Origin: a virus
Taxonomy: Duplodnaviria > Heunggongvirae > Uroviricota > Caudoviricetes
Length of the DNA stretch: 64,000 nucleotides
IMG/VR virus record: IMGVR_UViG_3300033463_000001
Span: 64,001 to 128,000 of that record
Reading direction: 5' to 3' (one strand)
Shown here in pieces: positions 1 through 8,441 of the stretch. The notes under the pieces are model-generated. The model saw nothing but the letters and a program-made list of their open reading frames with translations. It had not been told where the DNA came from and made no database searches. Positions within the stretch are counted from its first letter, which is position 1. Each line of letters begins with the position of its first letter. Position numbers and translations under genes: made by a program.

Positions 1-217
1 TGAACATATTGGTATATACACCCTCTTCATCAGCCGCAGCGTGCGCGTCCAAACTCTCAATAGAGATAAACGGAGGAAAGTCCGTTCCAGCCGTTTGACG
101 AATGGTCACGATAGCGTCAGGACTGAACGCTACCACGTTCTTTAGCAAACGGAGTAAATCTTTTGCAGAGATTTCTTTCATAATCTCCATGCTACTAAAT
201 GCTTGTTGTTGTGCCAT
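1..217 (-). CDS. hypothetical early protein (3' end runs off the window)
   Basis: ATG at 217 just downstream of promoter P1; open frame MAQQQAFSSMEIMKEISAKDLLRLLKNVVAFSPDAIV... to the window edge. Confidence 0.6.
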   Translation of the reverse strand, partial: MAQQQAFSSMEIMKEISAKDLLRLLKNVVAFSPDAIVTIRQTAGTDFPPFISIESLDAHAAADEEGVYTNMF

Positions 218-244
218 AGTTGTGATGATTTTCAAATTCGACCG

Positions 245-329
245 CAAAGGTATGTAAAATTTTTGACATACGCAAATTTTTGGCTAAAAATCGTTCGAAA
301 AACTTCAAATTGCAAAGTCCAGTTAGCAA
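245..329 (-). promoter_or_regulatory. early promoter cassette P1 (Bacteroidota sigma-A type plus upstream 20-bp operator)
   Basis: TACCTTTG at 245-252, TTTG at 273-276 (20-bp spacer), operator ttgcaaagt-cc-agttagcaa at 310-329. Confidence 0.85.
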
Positions 330-337
330 AAAAAGCA

Positions 338-508
338 CTACACGTCCGGTTTTTTATGTTTTACCTTACGTGTATATGCCTTCTTCGAAACCTCAACCTT
401 ATTGTGGTTAATTGGTTTCCCATGTGCAGCAATCTCTTCCTCACGGCTTTGTCTCCGTGCCGCCTTGATGATTGCCAATGTCTCCTTATTTGTCTTCGTC
501 ACTCGCAT
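338..508 (-). CDS. small basic protein, 56 aa, with an ArfA-like YxRKxKH tail
   Basis: Not in the ORF track. MRVTKTNKETLAIIKAARRQSREEEIAAHGKPINHNKVEVSKKAYTRKVKHKKPDV; its start overlaps the stop of the upstream gene. Confidence 0.65.
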   Translation of the reverse strand: MRVTKTNKETLAIIKAARRQSREEEIAAHGKPINHNKVEVSKKAYTRKVKHKKPDV

Positions 509-801
509 GGCTCTGGTTCGTTTTTTGTCTGGAATGCCAACGCACGCAAGGCAGCGAAGAACTCCGGCGAATTGAGAGGTGCGCTATTGCATAGACGTTC
601 TGCGCTACACATAGTCCGCAAATCTCCGATGAAGATATTACTCGTCTTCCATGCTTTCGCCAACTCAATAGCGTCCGACTTTGTGTCCGCATAGAAGAAC
701 ACGCGTGTCTTCGGTTTGAGGTTGGGAGTGATACGATATTCGCCCTCAACGTAGAAGAGGGTCTCGCCTGCGTCCGGCTTATTTACAAAGTAGTGTAGCA
801 T
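499..801 (-). CDS. hypothetical early protein
   Basis: ACTATG start context, fits the operon; contains a YADTKSDAIELAK segment like its neighbours. Confidence 0.7.
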   Translation of the reverse strand: MLHYFVNKPDAGETLFYVEGEYRITPNLKPKTRVFFYADTKSDAIELAKAWKTSNIFIGDLRTMCSAERLCNSAPLNSPEFFAALRALAFQTKNEPEPCE

Positions 802-835
802 AGTCTTTCAGTTACGTGTTATACAATTATGTTAA

Positions 836-1189
836 TTAGTCCTCATCTGCGTTCTCCGGCTTGATTTTGTCGAGGACGTGCTCCAATATGTCTGCGTAGT
901 CCGTGTACGGCTCACAAACGAGATAGACGTTACTCTTTGTGTCTCCCAAATCGTCCGAATAGACGGTCGCGTAGAGCGTGTCATTGACGAGGTTCAGTTT
1001 TAAGATTTCCACCAAGTAGTAGCCACTATTAAAAGCCGATGAGACAAATTGCGGTGCGTTATTACGCTCAAAGGTTATCTCTCCACCCAGTTCAGCAATG
1101 AGTGTCTCGCATGCCCTGCGAGTGTTACGTACTGCGGAATTGTAGGTTGCGATGAGGTTTTGACCTAACTTAAAAAGTGCCTTAATCAT
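836..1189 (-). CDS. hypothetical early protein
   Basis: 117-aa ORF tightly packed in the minus-strand operon. Confidence 0.7.
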   Translation of the reverse strand: MIKALFKLGQNLIATYNSAVRNTRRACETLIAELGGEITFERNNAPQFVSSAFNSGYYLVEILKLNLVNDTLYATVYSDDLGDTKSNVYLVCEPYTDYADILEHVLDKIKPENADED

Positions 1190-1234
1190 AGATAAAAATG
1201 TCGGTTGCCCTATACACCGAAAGGTCTTGCGTTA

Positions 1235-2020
1235 TTATTCCTCGTTGACATAGGAACGGAATGCGTCCCAAGAAAACTCCATGCTCGTTTCGCCACAAAG
1301 CGGCTCGCGGTGGCACATGTGGTTGATACCGAATGCGTCCTTGAAGAACGTGAACGTTGAACCGCTATGCCAACCAACGCAACCAAGTTCGTTGCCGTAG
1401 TGCTCCAAGCATAGTGCTGCGTATGGTGGTAAGCCGTTATCGCAGGCTCTCTTGCCTATTGCTATTCTCGCACGAAACTTATCTCCGTACTTATTACCGA
1501 GTATCTCGTTAGCCACCTTGACACATTCGTTCATCAAGTCTTCAATACTCGGCTCGGTAGCACCGCGAGCAATACGTGCCGCATTTGCCTTATTTTGCTC
1601 TGCTACCCATTTCTTAACGAAAGCCACAATAGCCGCACGTTGCTCATCAGTCAAGTCATGTTTCGCGTCTCTATGGAACGTTGCGTAGCCTTGTTTACAA
1701 TCGGTTGGGTCTTGCTCACATAGGGTCTGCTTTTTCCATGAGCGGTTTGTGATTTCAATGCTGAATGTAAATGCTCCCTTGCTCCATTCGTTAGTGCTGA
1801 CGCACCAATACATTTCCGAGACACCCCAATTCGTTGTGACACCATAGGAAGTCTCTTGCACCCTATACCCAAAGGCTGGGTTGAGAGATTGTAGGTTCAT
1901 GCGTCCGTTACGTCCGTCCAATCGTCCGGCAGTAGTGCCATAGAGTGATAGACCCGTGCGTGCGTCATACTTCTCCAAATTGATTGCACTCAATTCTTTT
2001 TTGAACTCTTCGTAAGTCAT
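1235..2020 (-). CDS. hypothetical early protein
   Basis: 261-aa ORF, first gene after promoter P2. Confidence 0.75.
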   Translation of the reverse strand: MTYEEFKKELSAINLEKYDARTGLSLYGTTAGRLDGRNGRMNLQSLNPAFGYRVQETSYGVTTNWGVSEMYWCVSTNEWSKGAFTFSIEITNRSWKKQTLCEQDPTDCKQGYATFHRDAKHDLTDEQRAAIVAFVKKWVAEQNKANAARIARGATEPSIEDLMNECVKVANEILGNKYGDKFRARIAIGKRACDNGLPPYAALCLEHYGNELGCVGWHSGSTFTFFKDAFGINHMCHREPLCGETSMEFSWDAFRSYVNEE

Positions 2021-2059
2021 AATCTATACGTGTTTTAGGGTTGAACTTCAAATCGAGTG

Positions 2060-2144
2060 CAAAGGTAAGTAAAAATTTTGATATATGCAAATTTTCGAGC
2101 AGAAAAATGCAAAAAATCTCATTTTTGCAATCTCTACTTTGCAA
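2060..2144 (-). promoter_or_regulatory. early promoter cassette P2
   Basis: TACCTTTG 2060-2067, TTTG 2088-2091, operator ttgcaatct-ct-actttgcaa 2125-2144. Confidence 0.85.
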
Positions 2145-2343
2145 TTTTCTTGTTTTTACTCTTCAACTCTTCCACAATCTCTCCCAGCAGACAACCGATG
2201 ATGAGAAAGAAGTTGAACCCAGCGACCAGCATGTTTGTCACTCCACTAATTATATCAGCGTTGGACAACTGATACAAACCGATGAAGATGAATATCAACG
2301 CGAGCAGTAGGTTTACCCAATAGTATTTGTACATGTACGGCAT
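2134..2343 (-). CDS. small two-TM membrane protein
   Basis: Two hydrophobic stretches and a basic C-terminus. Confidence 0.65.
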   Translation of the reverse strand: MPYMYKYYWVNLLLALIFIFIGLYQLSNADIISGVTNMLVAGFNFFLIIGCLLGEIVEELKSKNKKIAK

Positions 2344-2376
2344 AGTGATACGTATTAAAAGTGTTAGTGGTTAATA

Positions 2377-2706
2377 CTACATGAACAAACCCAAATACGG
2401 AGCGAAGTGCTCGCTGATGAGAGAGTTCAGTTTTGCTTCTTGCTTAATCTTCTCTGCGTAAGCCTTGCGGTCTTCCTCGCCCATGTCCATGTACTCCTGC
2501 AAGCGTCTGTTCCAATCTTCGAATTGGTTCAGTTTGTCTCGCATTTCCATTTTCTCCTGCTCGGCTTTCATAGCACGCGCGGAGAGTTCCTTGTTGCGCT
2601 GACGAAGACGTTCGATTTCCTCTTCCAATCGTTCCGTCTTCGCCTTGTACTGCGCAGCGAGTTTGTTACGCATGTTTGCCTCTATGGCTTTGCGTGTTTG
2701 TTTCAT
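2377..2706 (-). CDS. coiled-coil protein
   Basis: E/K/R-rich heptad pattern. Confidence 0.7.
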   Translation of the reverse strand: MKQTRKAIEANMRNKLAAQYKAKTERLEEEIERLRQRNKELSARAMKAEQEKMEMRDKLNQFEDWNRRLQEYMDMGEEDRKAYAEKIKQEAKLNSLISEHFAPYLGLFM

Positions 2707-2709
2707 AAC

Positions 2710-2910
2710 TTATGCGGTTACAATTTCATCGTCCGGCTGGTTGCTCCAATGGCAATCTCCGTTGTTATCAATGACGCGAATAGCGTCTTCCTCTGGGTTG
2801 CGCGCTGCGGCTTTTGCTTGTGCGTACTTGATAGCCGCAGCCTTGACCTTATAGACGTGGTTGATGAACTTACAATTCATTTCCACATAGAATTTTGTCG
2901 GTTTATCCAT
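2710..2910 (-). CDS. hypothetical early protein
   Basis: 66-aa ORF, ACTATG start, abuts its neighbours. Confidence 0.6.
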   Translation of the reverse strand: MDKPTKFYVEMNCKFINHVYKVKAAAIKYAQAKAAARNPEEDAIRVIDNNGDCHWSNQPDDEIVTA

Positions 2911-2923
2911 AGTGGCTGGAGTG

Positions 2924-3172
2924 TTAAAGGTTAATAATGTCGTTAATCAGACAAGTGTACGTGCTTTCGCTAATTTCATCAAACCCATAAGGCTCAAAAT
3001 CATTAACATATTCTTCTTTCCCATAAGGACAAGCGTGAACTCCGTCTTTGTCGGCATACTGCGCATAGTATCCGTCATAACTTTCTCCGTTCCAATTTCC
3101 GTCAATAGGAACATTACCACCGAAATCTACGCGACCTGCTTTTGCTTTCTCAATCAATTCTTGTTTACTCAT
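2924..3172 (-). CDS. small acidic protein (start revised to MSKQEL)
   Basis: The longer ORF-track start lies inside promoter P3; ATG at 3172 is downstream of it. Confidence 0.65.
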   Translation of the reverse strand: MSKQELIEKAKAGRVDFGGNVPIDGNWNGESYDGYYAQYADKDGVHACPYGKEEYVNDFEPYGFDEISESTYTCLINDIINL

Positions 3173-3235
3173 AAGAATAAGTGTTTTAAGGGTTATGCAT
3201 TGTTGCCGACAATGGTTCGTTGTTAAATTCGGCTG

Positions 3236-3320
3236 CAAAGGTAAGTAAAATTTTTGAATTATGCAAATATTTTGGTGAAAAAATGCAAAATTTCTTACTT
3301 TTGCAAAGTCAAGATAGCAA
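3236..3320 (-). promoter_or_regulatory. early promoter cassette P3
   Basis: TACCTTTG 3236-3243, TTTG 3264-3267, operator ttgcaaagt-ca-agatagcaa 3301-3320. Confidence 0.85.
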
Positions 3321-3356
3321 AATGGGGTGTTTTTGTATATGCACCCCATTCGCTTA

Positions 3357-3842
3357 TCACATGTGCAGACGCGTCTCCGAGATATAGAAAGTAGTGTGTT
3401 TCTCGTTATAGCGACCATTCAAATAGCACTCCCAATGGTTGAGCAAGCCGGTCTGCATATCGGTTGTCTTGCAGATAGTATAATCCTCATCATCTTCCTT
3501 AACGTCACACTCCCAAGTCTCTCCGCTTGCCAGCATTTCATTAACCTTGAACGTTAGGAACTCATAGGCTTTGTCCTTTGAGAGGAAGACACCAAGTGGT
3601 TGTGTGCTGGTCTCATCATCGACTGCGAAGTCCATGATTACCGCATAAGCCTTTGGGAATATATTCTTGTCGAACTCATCGTTAGCCGGAGTTTCGATAA
3701 GTGCCTGGTGTACCACCGCGCTGGACTGACCGGTCTCTTTCATAACCTGCTCGGCTATGTTGAGTGCTTCGACATGATTGGACGCATTAACCGGAAAGCG
3801 GTGTGTGAACTGATATGTTGTTTCTACCAAAAAAGTCTTCAT
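3357..3842 (-). CDS. acidic hypothetical protein with an N-terminal DpnD/PcfM-like segment
   Basis: Start revised to MKTFLVETTYQFTHRFPVNASNHVEALNIA. Confidence 0.65.
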   Translation of the reverse strand: MKTFLVETTYQFTHRFPVNASNHVEALNIAEQVMKETGQSSAVVHQALIETPANDEFDKNIFPKAYAVIMDFAVDDETSTQPLGVFLSKDKAYEFLTFKVNEMLASGETWECDVKEDDEDYTICKTTDMQTGLLNHWECYLNGRYNEKHTTFYISETRLHM

Positions 3843-3903
3843 AGGTCTTGAATATACTAAATTAAGTACAATAGGGTTCGTTGTTTGCGAGAGAGTGGGC
3901 GGT

Positions 3904-4179
3904 TTATACCAACCCACGTCTCATTAAGTCCATGCGCTTGGCGAGCCGTTCGCTTTGAAACCATTGTGGCTTACCCTCTTGGAGCGCACGATATTTGTCT
4001 GGGTACTGACGTGCCACCTCACGCTCGCACTTATGGGAGCAGCAGTAATCATCTTCACGTCTTTTCCGGAAGTGACGCTCGCATATCGGACAGATACATA
4101 CGGAGTCCACCGGACGCGCCACGTTATTGTTGATTACTCGGATTGCGAATGGAAGTTGTTCTTGCGACTTGTTAGCCAT
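3904..4179 (-). CDS. zinc-ribbon protein
   Basis: CPIC...CCSHKC motif. Confidence 0.65.
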   Translation of the reverse strand: MANKSQEQLPFAIRVINNNVARPVDSVCICPICERHFRKRREDDYCCSHKCEREVARQYPDKYRALQEGKPQWFQSERLAKRMDLMRRGLV

Positions 4180-4271
4180 AGTTGTGTACGATTGCCTTGT
4201 ATCATCGTGAGGTTGTTAGGGGTTGAGAAAAAAGGTGCACTTAATACGTGTCGTGCGCAACCTCCGGCGGC

Positions 4272-4613
4272 TTATGCCGTGTGCCGCCAATCGACATTGC
4301 GTGTGCCCTCGATGTCGAAGTCATTGACCCACTCGCAACCATTTTGATACCACTTACCGCTCTTGCGTGTGATACCTGCGCCCATAGCGTTCAGGCGGCT
4401 CTTGGTGGTGTTCGTTCCGCACGTCTCGCCCTCGCGTCTGCGTCCAGCGTCCGAAAACTCATAGGTCTTCGTCTTGCGGTCATAGGTGGCTATTAGGTGT
4501 CCGTGCAGGTACACACACGTTGTGTCTCCCTTGGTTGCCACTTGGGTGTTACCCTGCGAAAAGTTGCGTCCACTCTCGATAGCGTTCAGCATTGCAATTT
4601 CGATTTTCTTCAT
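4272..4613 (-). CDS. conserved phage hypothetical protein
   Basis: NT.V...VYLHG..IA...TTKSRLNA pattern, recalled from T4-like phage early genes. Confidence 0.7.
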   Translation of the reverse strand: MKKIEIAMLNAIESGRNFSQGNTQVATKGDTTCVYLHGHLIATYDRKTKTYEFSDAGRRREGETCGTNTTKSRLNAMGAGITRKSGKWYQNGCEWVNDFDIEGTRNVDWRHTA

Positions 4614-4687
4614 AGCGCGTTCATCAATTACCTATACATTGAGAGGTCTTAAAAGGGTTAATTGCCGTTGTTTCTCAAAAGCGAGTG

Positions 4688-4772
4688 CAAAGGTAAGTAA
4701 AATTTTTGACATACGCAAGTTTTTTGCCAAAATTCGTTCAAATTTCTTACTTTTGCAAAGTCGAGTTTACAA
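4688..4772 (-). promoter_or_regulatory. early promoter cassette P4
   Basis: TACCTTTG 4688-4695, CTTG 4716-4719, operator ttgcaaagt-cg-agtttacaa 4753-4772. Confidence 0.8.
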
Positions 4773-4790
4773 AATAGGGGTGTTTTGTAC

Positions 4791-5036
4791 CTAAATGCCG
4801 CATTCGTAGCGTGCGAGCGTCCGCATTCCGTCTTCCAGCGTAACGCATTTGGAGAGGTCTGGACTATACTCGCTATCGTCTGGGTCTCCGAGTGCCCCCA
4901 TAGCCGCACGGAAAATGTCCCTTATAGCAGTCTCCGATAGGTCATTTTGGTCATAGCGTTCCACCTCATCAAGGAAGTACTCAAACGACTGCTGCATGTC
5001 CACGCGTGTAATATGCACCAATTCCATTCTATCCAT
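4791..5036 (-). CDS. small acidic protein (start revised to MDRMELV)
   Basis: ATG with an A-rich upstream region; D/E rich. Confidence 0.55.
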   Translation of the reverse strand: MDRMELVHITRVDMQQSFEYFLDEVERYDQNDLSETAIRDIFRAAMGALGDPDDSEYSPDLSKCVTLEDGMRTLARYECGI

Positions 5037-5123
5037 GTTTATTTGCGTTTTAAGCGACTTTCGTTGTTTGGCTGATAAGTTGGCTTGCTGGGACTTAATC
5101 GTCCCACACAAGCCGTTTTGTGG

Positions 5124-5516
5124 TTAGCGGGCTGACATTTTAGATTTGGTCAGGTAGATACCGCATGGGGTGTCTTCCGTTATCTCGTCATAGTCCAGCA
5201 GTTTGGGTTCGCCCTCGTTGAGGAATGCAATGGTGTCATCCACCATTTCTTCCAGCGTGTTGAACTCATACTCATACTGCTTGACCTCTGCCTGCAACTC
5301 AATGATACGCGTCTTATAGTCTCCCTCGCGCTTGTCCGCCTGAACGTCCCTTATGAAGTCGGCGAGCGGCACGATACAGAATGTGAAGTCGGTGCGTACA
5401 TACGGAGCGTGTTCTATATCGTCCGTGAACGTGTGCAGAATGTGCATGTCCTTTGGTGCACCCTCTACTTGCTCAATGGAATAGAGGTCTCTCTCTAAAA
5501 AGTCTTGTTTGTTCAT
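5124..5516 (-). CDS. acidic hypothetical protein
   Basis: 130 aa, strongly D/E rich. Confidence 0.7.
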   Translation of the reverse strand: MNKQDFLERDLYSIEQVEGAPKDMHILHTFTDDIEHAPYVRTDFTFCIVPLADFIRDVQADKREGDYKTRIIELQAEVKQYEYEFNTLEEMVDDTIAFLNEGEPKLLDYDEITEDTPCGIYLTKSKMSAR

Positions 5517-5517
5517 A

Positions 5518-5775
5518 TCACTTCTTATCGTAAAAGTCGTTGGTGCTCGGTTTTACTACTACGGTAAACAAAATACCTGTTCCCAGCGCGAGGACAAGAG
5601 CGGTGTCCGCCTTGCGGTTCTTTCCGTGTTCCACGTACGCCACATATCTTTGCAGGGTCTCTTTGTTTCGGTTCATCAAGCGTTTCCAAACCTTTAGAAG
5701 TTGCTTTTCGTGAATGGGGTGGTTCTCCTGCTCGTAAGCGGCAATCAGTTGCTCAATCAATGCTTTCTTTGTCAT
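5518..5775 (-). CDS. small protein with a C-terminal hydrophobic segment
   Basis: ALVLALGTGILFTVVV; first gene after P5. Confidence 0.6.
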   Translation of the reverse strand: MTKKALIEQLIAAYEQENHPIHEKQLLKVWKRLMNRNKETLQRYVAYVEHGKNRKADTALVLALGTGILFTVVVKPSTNDFYDKK

Positions 5776-5921
5776 AGACGCAATGTTTTGAATGGTTAGT
5801 ACTCTGTCCGAGAAATGAGTTAGGGGTTTGAAACTTATTCCAGCGGGTGTTGTTATCCTTATCCTACTTTGCGGTGCTCAACTTTTCGCACACTTTCAAC
5901 GCTCATTCTCGAAATTGGGTG

Positions 5922-6006
5922 CAAAGGTAAGTAAAAAAATTGACATATGCAAATTTTTCAGCAAAAATCGTTCGAAAAACCTCAAATTGCAAAGTCCACT
6001 TGACAA
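5922..6006 (-). promoter_or_regulatory. early promoter cassette P5
   Basis: TACCTTTG 5922-5929, TTTG 5950-5953, operator ttgcaaagt-cc-acttgacaa 5987-6006. Confidence 0.85.
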
Positions 6007-6077
6007 AATGGGCACTTTTGTGGCAATAGGCGAGCGGTTTTTTGTCTCCGCTCACCTATCACAACCCCTTGCGGTGT

Positions 6078-6272
6078 TTAGTCTTCAACCTCAACTGCGT
6101 CAGGCGCACTATCTTCTTGCAGTCCGTCCAGCAGTTCCTTGATGTAGCACTCGCGCGCTGATTCCGCCTGCGCCAAATCAATTGCCTCTCTCTCGCTCTC
6201 CGCCTGCACGTTGATAGAGAGGTTCGTGTGGAAGTAAAGGGTGACGTTATACGTCTTCTTTTGCTTTGTCAT
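6078..6272 (-). CDS. small DpnD/PcfM-like acidic protein
   Basis: KTYNVTLYFHTNLSINVQAESEREAIDLA pattern. Confidence 0.6.
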   Translation of the reverse strand: MTKQKKTYNVTLYFHTNLSINVQAESEREAIDLAQAESARECYIKELLDGLQEDSAPDAVEVED

Positions 6273-6287
6273 AGTCCAAAAAAGATT

Positions 6288-6491
6288 TTAGTTATCGGTT
6301 TCAAATGTGCCGCAGGGACATTCAAGGTCTTCCTCAATATCTCCCACGTTGTCCTGAATGATGTAGTTCATGTAATCAGCACGAACCTTATCAACTGCCA
6401 ACTCTGCCGCCTTATCGGCTGCGCTCTCGTTGTCCTCAACAACAACGCGCGTTGTAATGACCAAAGTCACAAGTAATGCTTTCTTTGCCAT
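6288..6491 (-). CDS. small acidic hypothetical protein
   Basis: LVTLVITTRVVVEDN...A..A; acidic C-terminus. Confidence 0.65.
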   Translation of the reverse strand: MAKKALLVTLVITTRVVVEDNESAADKAAELAVDKVRADYMNYIIQDNVGDIEEDLECPCGTFETDN

Positions 6492-6503
6492 AGCCGTATA
6501 GAA

Positions 6504-6980
6504 TTAAAATTTAGTCCACCAAAATTCCGTACCCATGAGGGTTTCCGTATAGTCCTTGCACCACTCGTCAAAGCGACCTTGATTCTCCAGAATGTCAAGG
6601 AAGAGCATAGGAGACCAGTCCAGCCGCTTGTTCATAAAATCGTGGCTCGCGCTTACCCAATGCGTTTTCTCCTTTGCGTCATAGTGAATATAGAGGAAAC
6701 TATCAGCAGGGACTACAACGCGTTTCTCTGCGTCAAAGAATGGGAGCAGAATGGGTCGGCACAAATGGTTCGCGTCCTTTGGGTTCGGCTCAAACTCTGG
6801 ATAGTGTTTCTCAAACCACTCATAGACGAGGTGCTGGCTTTCTATCTTGCTGACGAAGTTCTCGTCATGCCGTTTGGCTGCCTGCGACACGTACGTGTGT
6901 GTGTTCAGGCGTTCCTTGATACTTTCTACTGCGCGCAATGCTCTCAAATGCTCGCTCGGAAGACATAAATGGATAGTCAT
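6504..6980 (-). CDS. hypothetical early protein
   Basis: 158 aa, first gene after P6. Confidence 0.7.
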   Translation of the reverse strand: MTIHLCLPSEHLRALRAVESIKERLNTHTYVSQAAKRHDENFVSKIESQHLVYEWFEKHYPEFEPNPKDANHLCRPILLPFFDAEKRVVVPADSFLYIHYDAKEKTHWVSASHDFMNKRLDWSPMLFLDILENQGRFDEWCKDYTETLMGTEFWWTKF

Positions 6981-7006
6981 AATCGTAGGGTGTTAAAATT
7001 CGGCTG

Positions 7007-7091
7007 CAAAGGTATGTATTTTTTCTGACATACGCAAATTTTTAGCCGAAAAAGTGTTAAAAAACTCAATTTTGCAAACTCTACTTTGCAA
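7007..7091 (-). promoter_or_regulatory. early promoter cassette P6
   Basis: TACCTTTG 7007-7014, TTTG 7035-7038, operator ttgcaaact-ct-actttgcaa 7072-7091. Confidence 0.85.
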
Positions 7092-7097
7092 ATGCCT

Positions 7098-7175
7098 CTA
7101 TCGTGCTGGGGTGCTGCACAATGCTCCAACTGCGAGGAATGTGCATACAATTGCCAATAAAATTTTGATAGCCAT
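7098..7175 (-). CDS. 25-aa hydrophobic peptide
   Basis: MAIKILLAIVCTFLAVGALCSTPAR, ACTATG start. Confidence 0.4.
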   Translation of the reverse strand: MAIKILLAIVCTFLAVGALCSTPAR

Positions 7176-7179
7176 AGTG

Positions 7180-7311
7180 TCAAAACATTTCGTTATAGTC
7201 AACTCGTTCGTCCTCTGGGTCGCGTCCGAACTGCCGGTGGTCAAAGCGACTTGATGTACCTCCCCACCACCATTCTTCGGTCTCTCTACCCTCATAGTGT
7301 GTTGTTACCAT
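7180..7311 (-). CDS. 43-aa acidic peptide
   Basis: Not in the ORF track. MVTTHYEGRETEEWWWGGTSSRFDHRQFGRDPEDERVDYNEMF, ACAACTATG start. Confidence 0.5.
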   Translation of the reverse strand: MVTTHYEGRETEEWWWGGTSSRFDHRQFGRDPEDERVDYNEMF

Positions 7312-7402
7312 AGTTGTACGTGTTTATACTAAATTAAGTACATTTGTGGTATGGGTGGGAACACGAACCCAACTTGTGAGTTCGCATTCCCTTTCTCAAC
7401 CC

Positions 7403-7960
7403 TTATTGAGCGACCTGCAACTTGCGTGCGCCCTGCTCAATGTATTGCAGACTTTCGAACTTGTAGTCGCGCACCACTACTTCGTCTTCTCCACTCAACC
7501 CTGCTGCGAGTTGCTTTGCCGATTGAGCCTTTGCAGGAATGTACGATAGTATATCGTCAAGGGTCTTTTGGTCGGTTACGACCTTTCCGTCCAACTCATA
7601 TAGGACATTCGCATGTGTGTTAGCACGCATGGTGGTGCGCAGGTACTTCTGCTCCGGGTCCTTGTCGGCACACAAAATAAGGTTATTGATTACCCATGTG
7701 CGCCCTGACGGCTTTTCCACCTGATATTCGGTGTCCATGCCTGCGCGCTCCAAGCGGTTGCGGACCGTGTTGCCAAAGTTGTAACATAGTGCCACATTGA
7801 CCAAGCGCGTGACCTTGCGGACGCGACCGATATAGGGGTTCGCGGTCTTGCGCATGTTGGGTTCGGTTGATGTAATGATAGTTACACCAAAGGTCGCAGG
7901 GGTTAAGGACTTAACGAAGTTGATTACTCGTTCTTGTTGTGCAGCACTCATAGTTGCCAT
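7403..7960 (-). CDS. conserved large-phage hypothetical protein
   Basis: TEPNMRKTANPYIGRVRK motif; first gene after P7. Confidence 0.75.
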   Translation of the reverse strand: MATMSAAQQERVINFVKSLTPATFGVTIITSTEPNMRKTANPYIGRVRKVTRLVNVALCYNFGNTVRNRLERAGMDTEYQVEKPSGRTWVINNLILCADKDPEQKYLRTTMRANTHANVLYELDGKVVTDQKTLDDILSYIPAKAQSAKQLAAGLSGEDEVVVRDYKFESLQYIEQGARKLQVAQ

Positions 7961-8050
7961 AGTCTTTGCGAGCGGTCAGGCACTCGCGCCATTAAGTAAA
8001 ACAAAGGTTGTTCAGTTCTCGCAGGGACACTCCCTAACTGAAATCGAGTG

Positions 8051-8135
8051 CAAAGGTAAGTAAAAAAATTGACATATGCAAATTTTTCAGCAAAAATCGT
8101 TCGAAAAAGTGAATTTTGCTAACTCTACTTTGCAA
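8051..8135 (-). promoter_or_regulatory. early promoter cassette P7
   Basis: TACCTTTG 8051-8058, TTTG 8079-8082, operator ttgctaact-ct-actttgcaa 8116-8135. Confidence 0.85.
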
Positions 8136-8155
8136 AATGGGGTCTTTTGTGCCGG

Positions 8156-8410
8156 TTAGTCCGTCCTATTGACTATCTCTAACTCCCAAGAGATTTTGTC
8201 CACATGGTCGCTTATTGCATGCATGATACGCACACATTCGGCTTGCACATCAGCACCCAGTCCGTCAGCGGCAAATACCGCTCCGTCTTCACACCAATTG
8301 ACAAACGGCTCGCCACCATTCCGGCACACCACGTTATTCTCAATCATGTTGATTAGTTGATTAGCAACGCACACACACGCAATTGCCTTGTAATCGGTCA
8401 TAGTTTCCAT
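8156..8410 (-). CDS. hypothetical early protein (start revised to METMTDY)
   Basis: Lies downstream of P8. Confidence 0.6.
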   Translation of the reverse strand: METMTDYKAIACVCVANQLINMIENNVVCRNGGEPFVNWCEDGAVFAADGLGADVQAECVRIMHAISDHVDKISWELEIVNRTD

Positions 8411-8441
8411 TTGAACCACGTTTTTAGTTTGAAATCGGCTG

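Noticed and set aside
1880-1945. GTTAGRL...NLQ resemblance to a family A DNA polymerase motif in ORF 1235-2020
   Set aside because: An isolated short match in a 261-aa protein with no other polymerase motifs
7345-7400. tRNA-like element (gttcg/cgaac)
   Set aside because: It forms one bulged hairpin, with no cloverleaf, anticodon arm or CCA end
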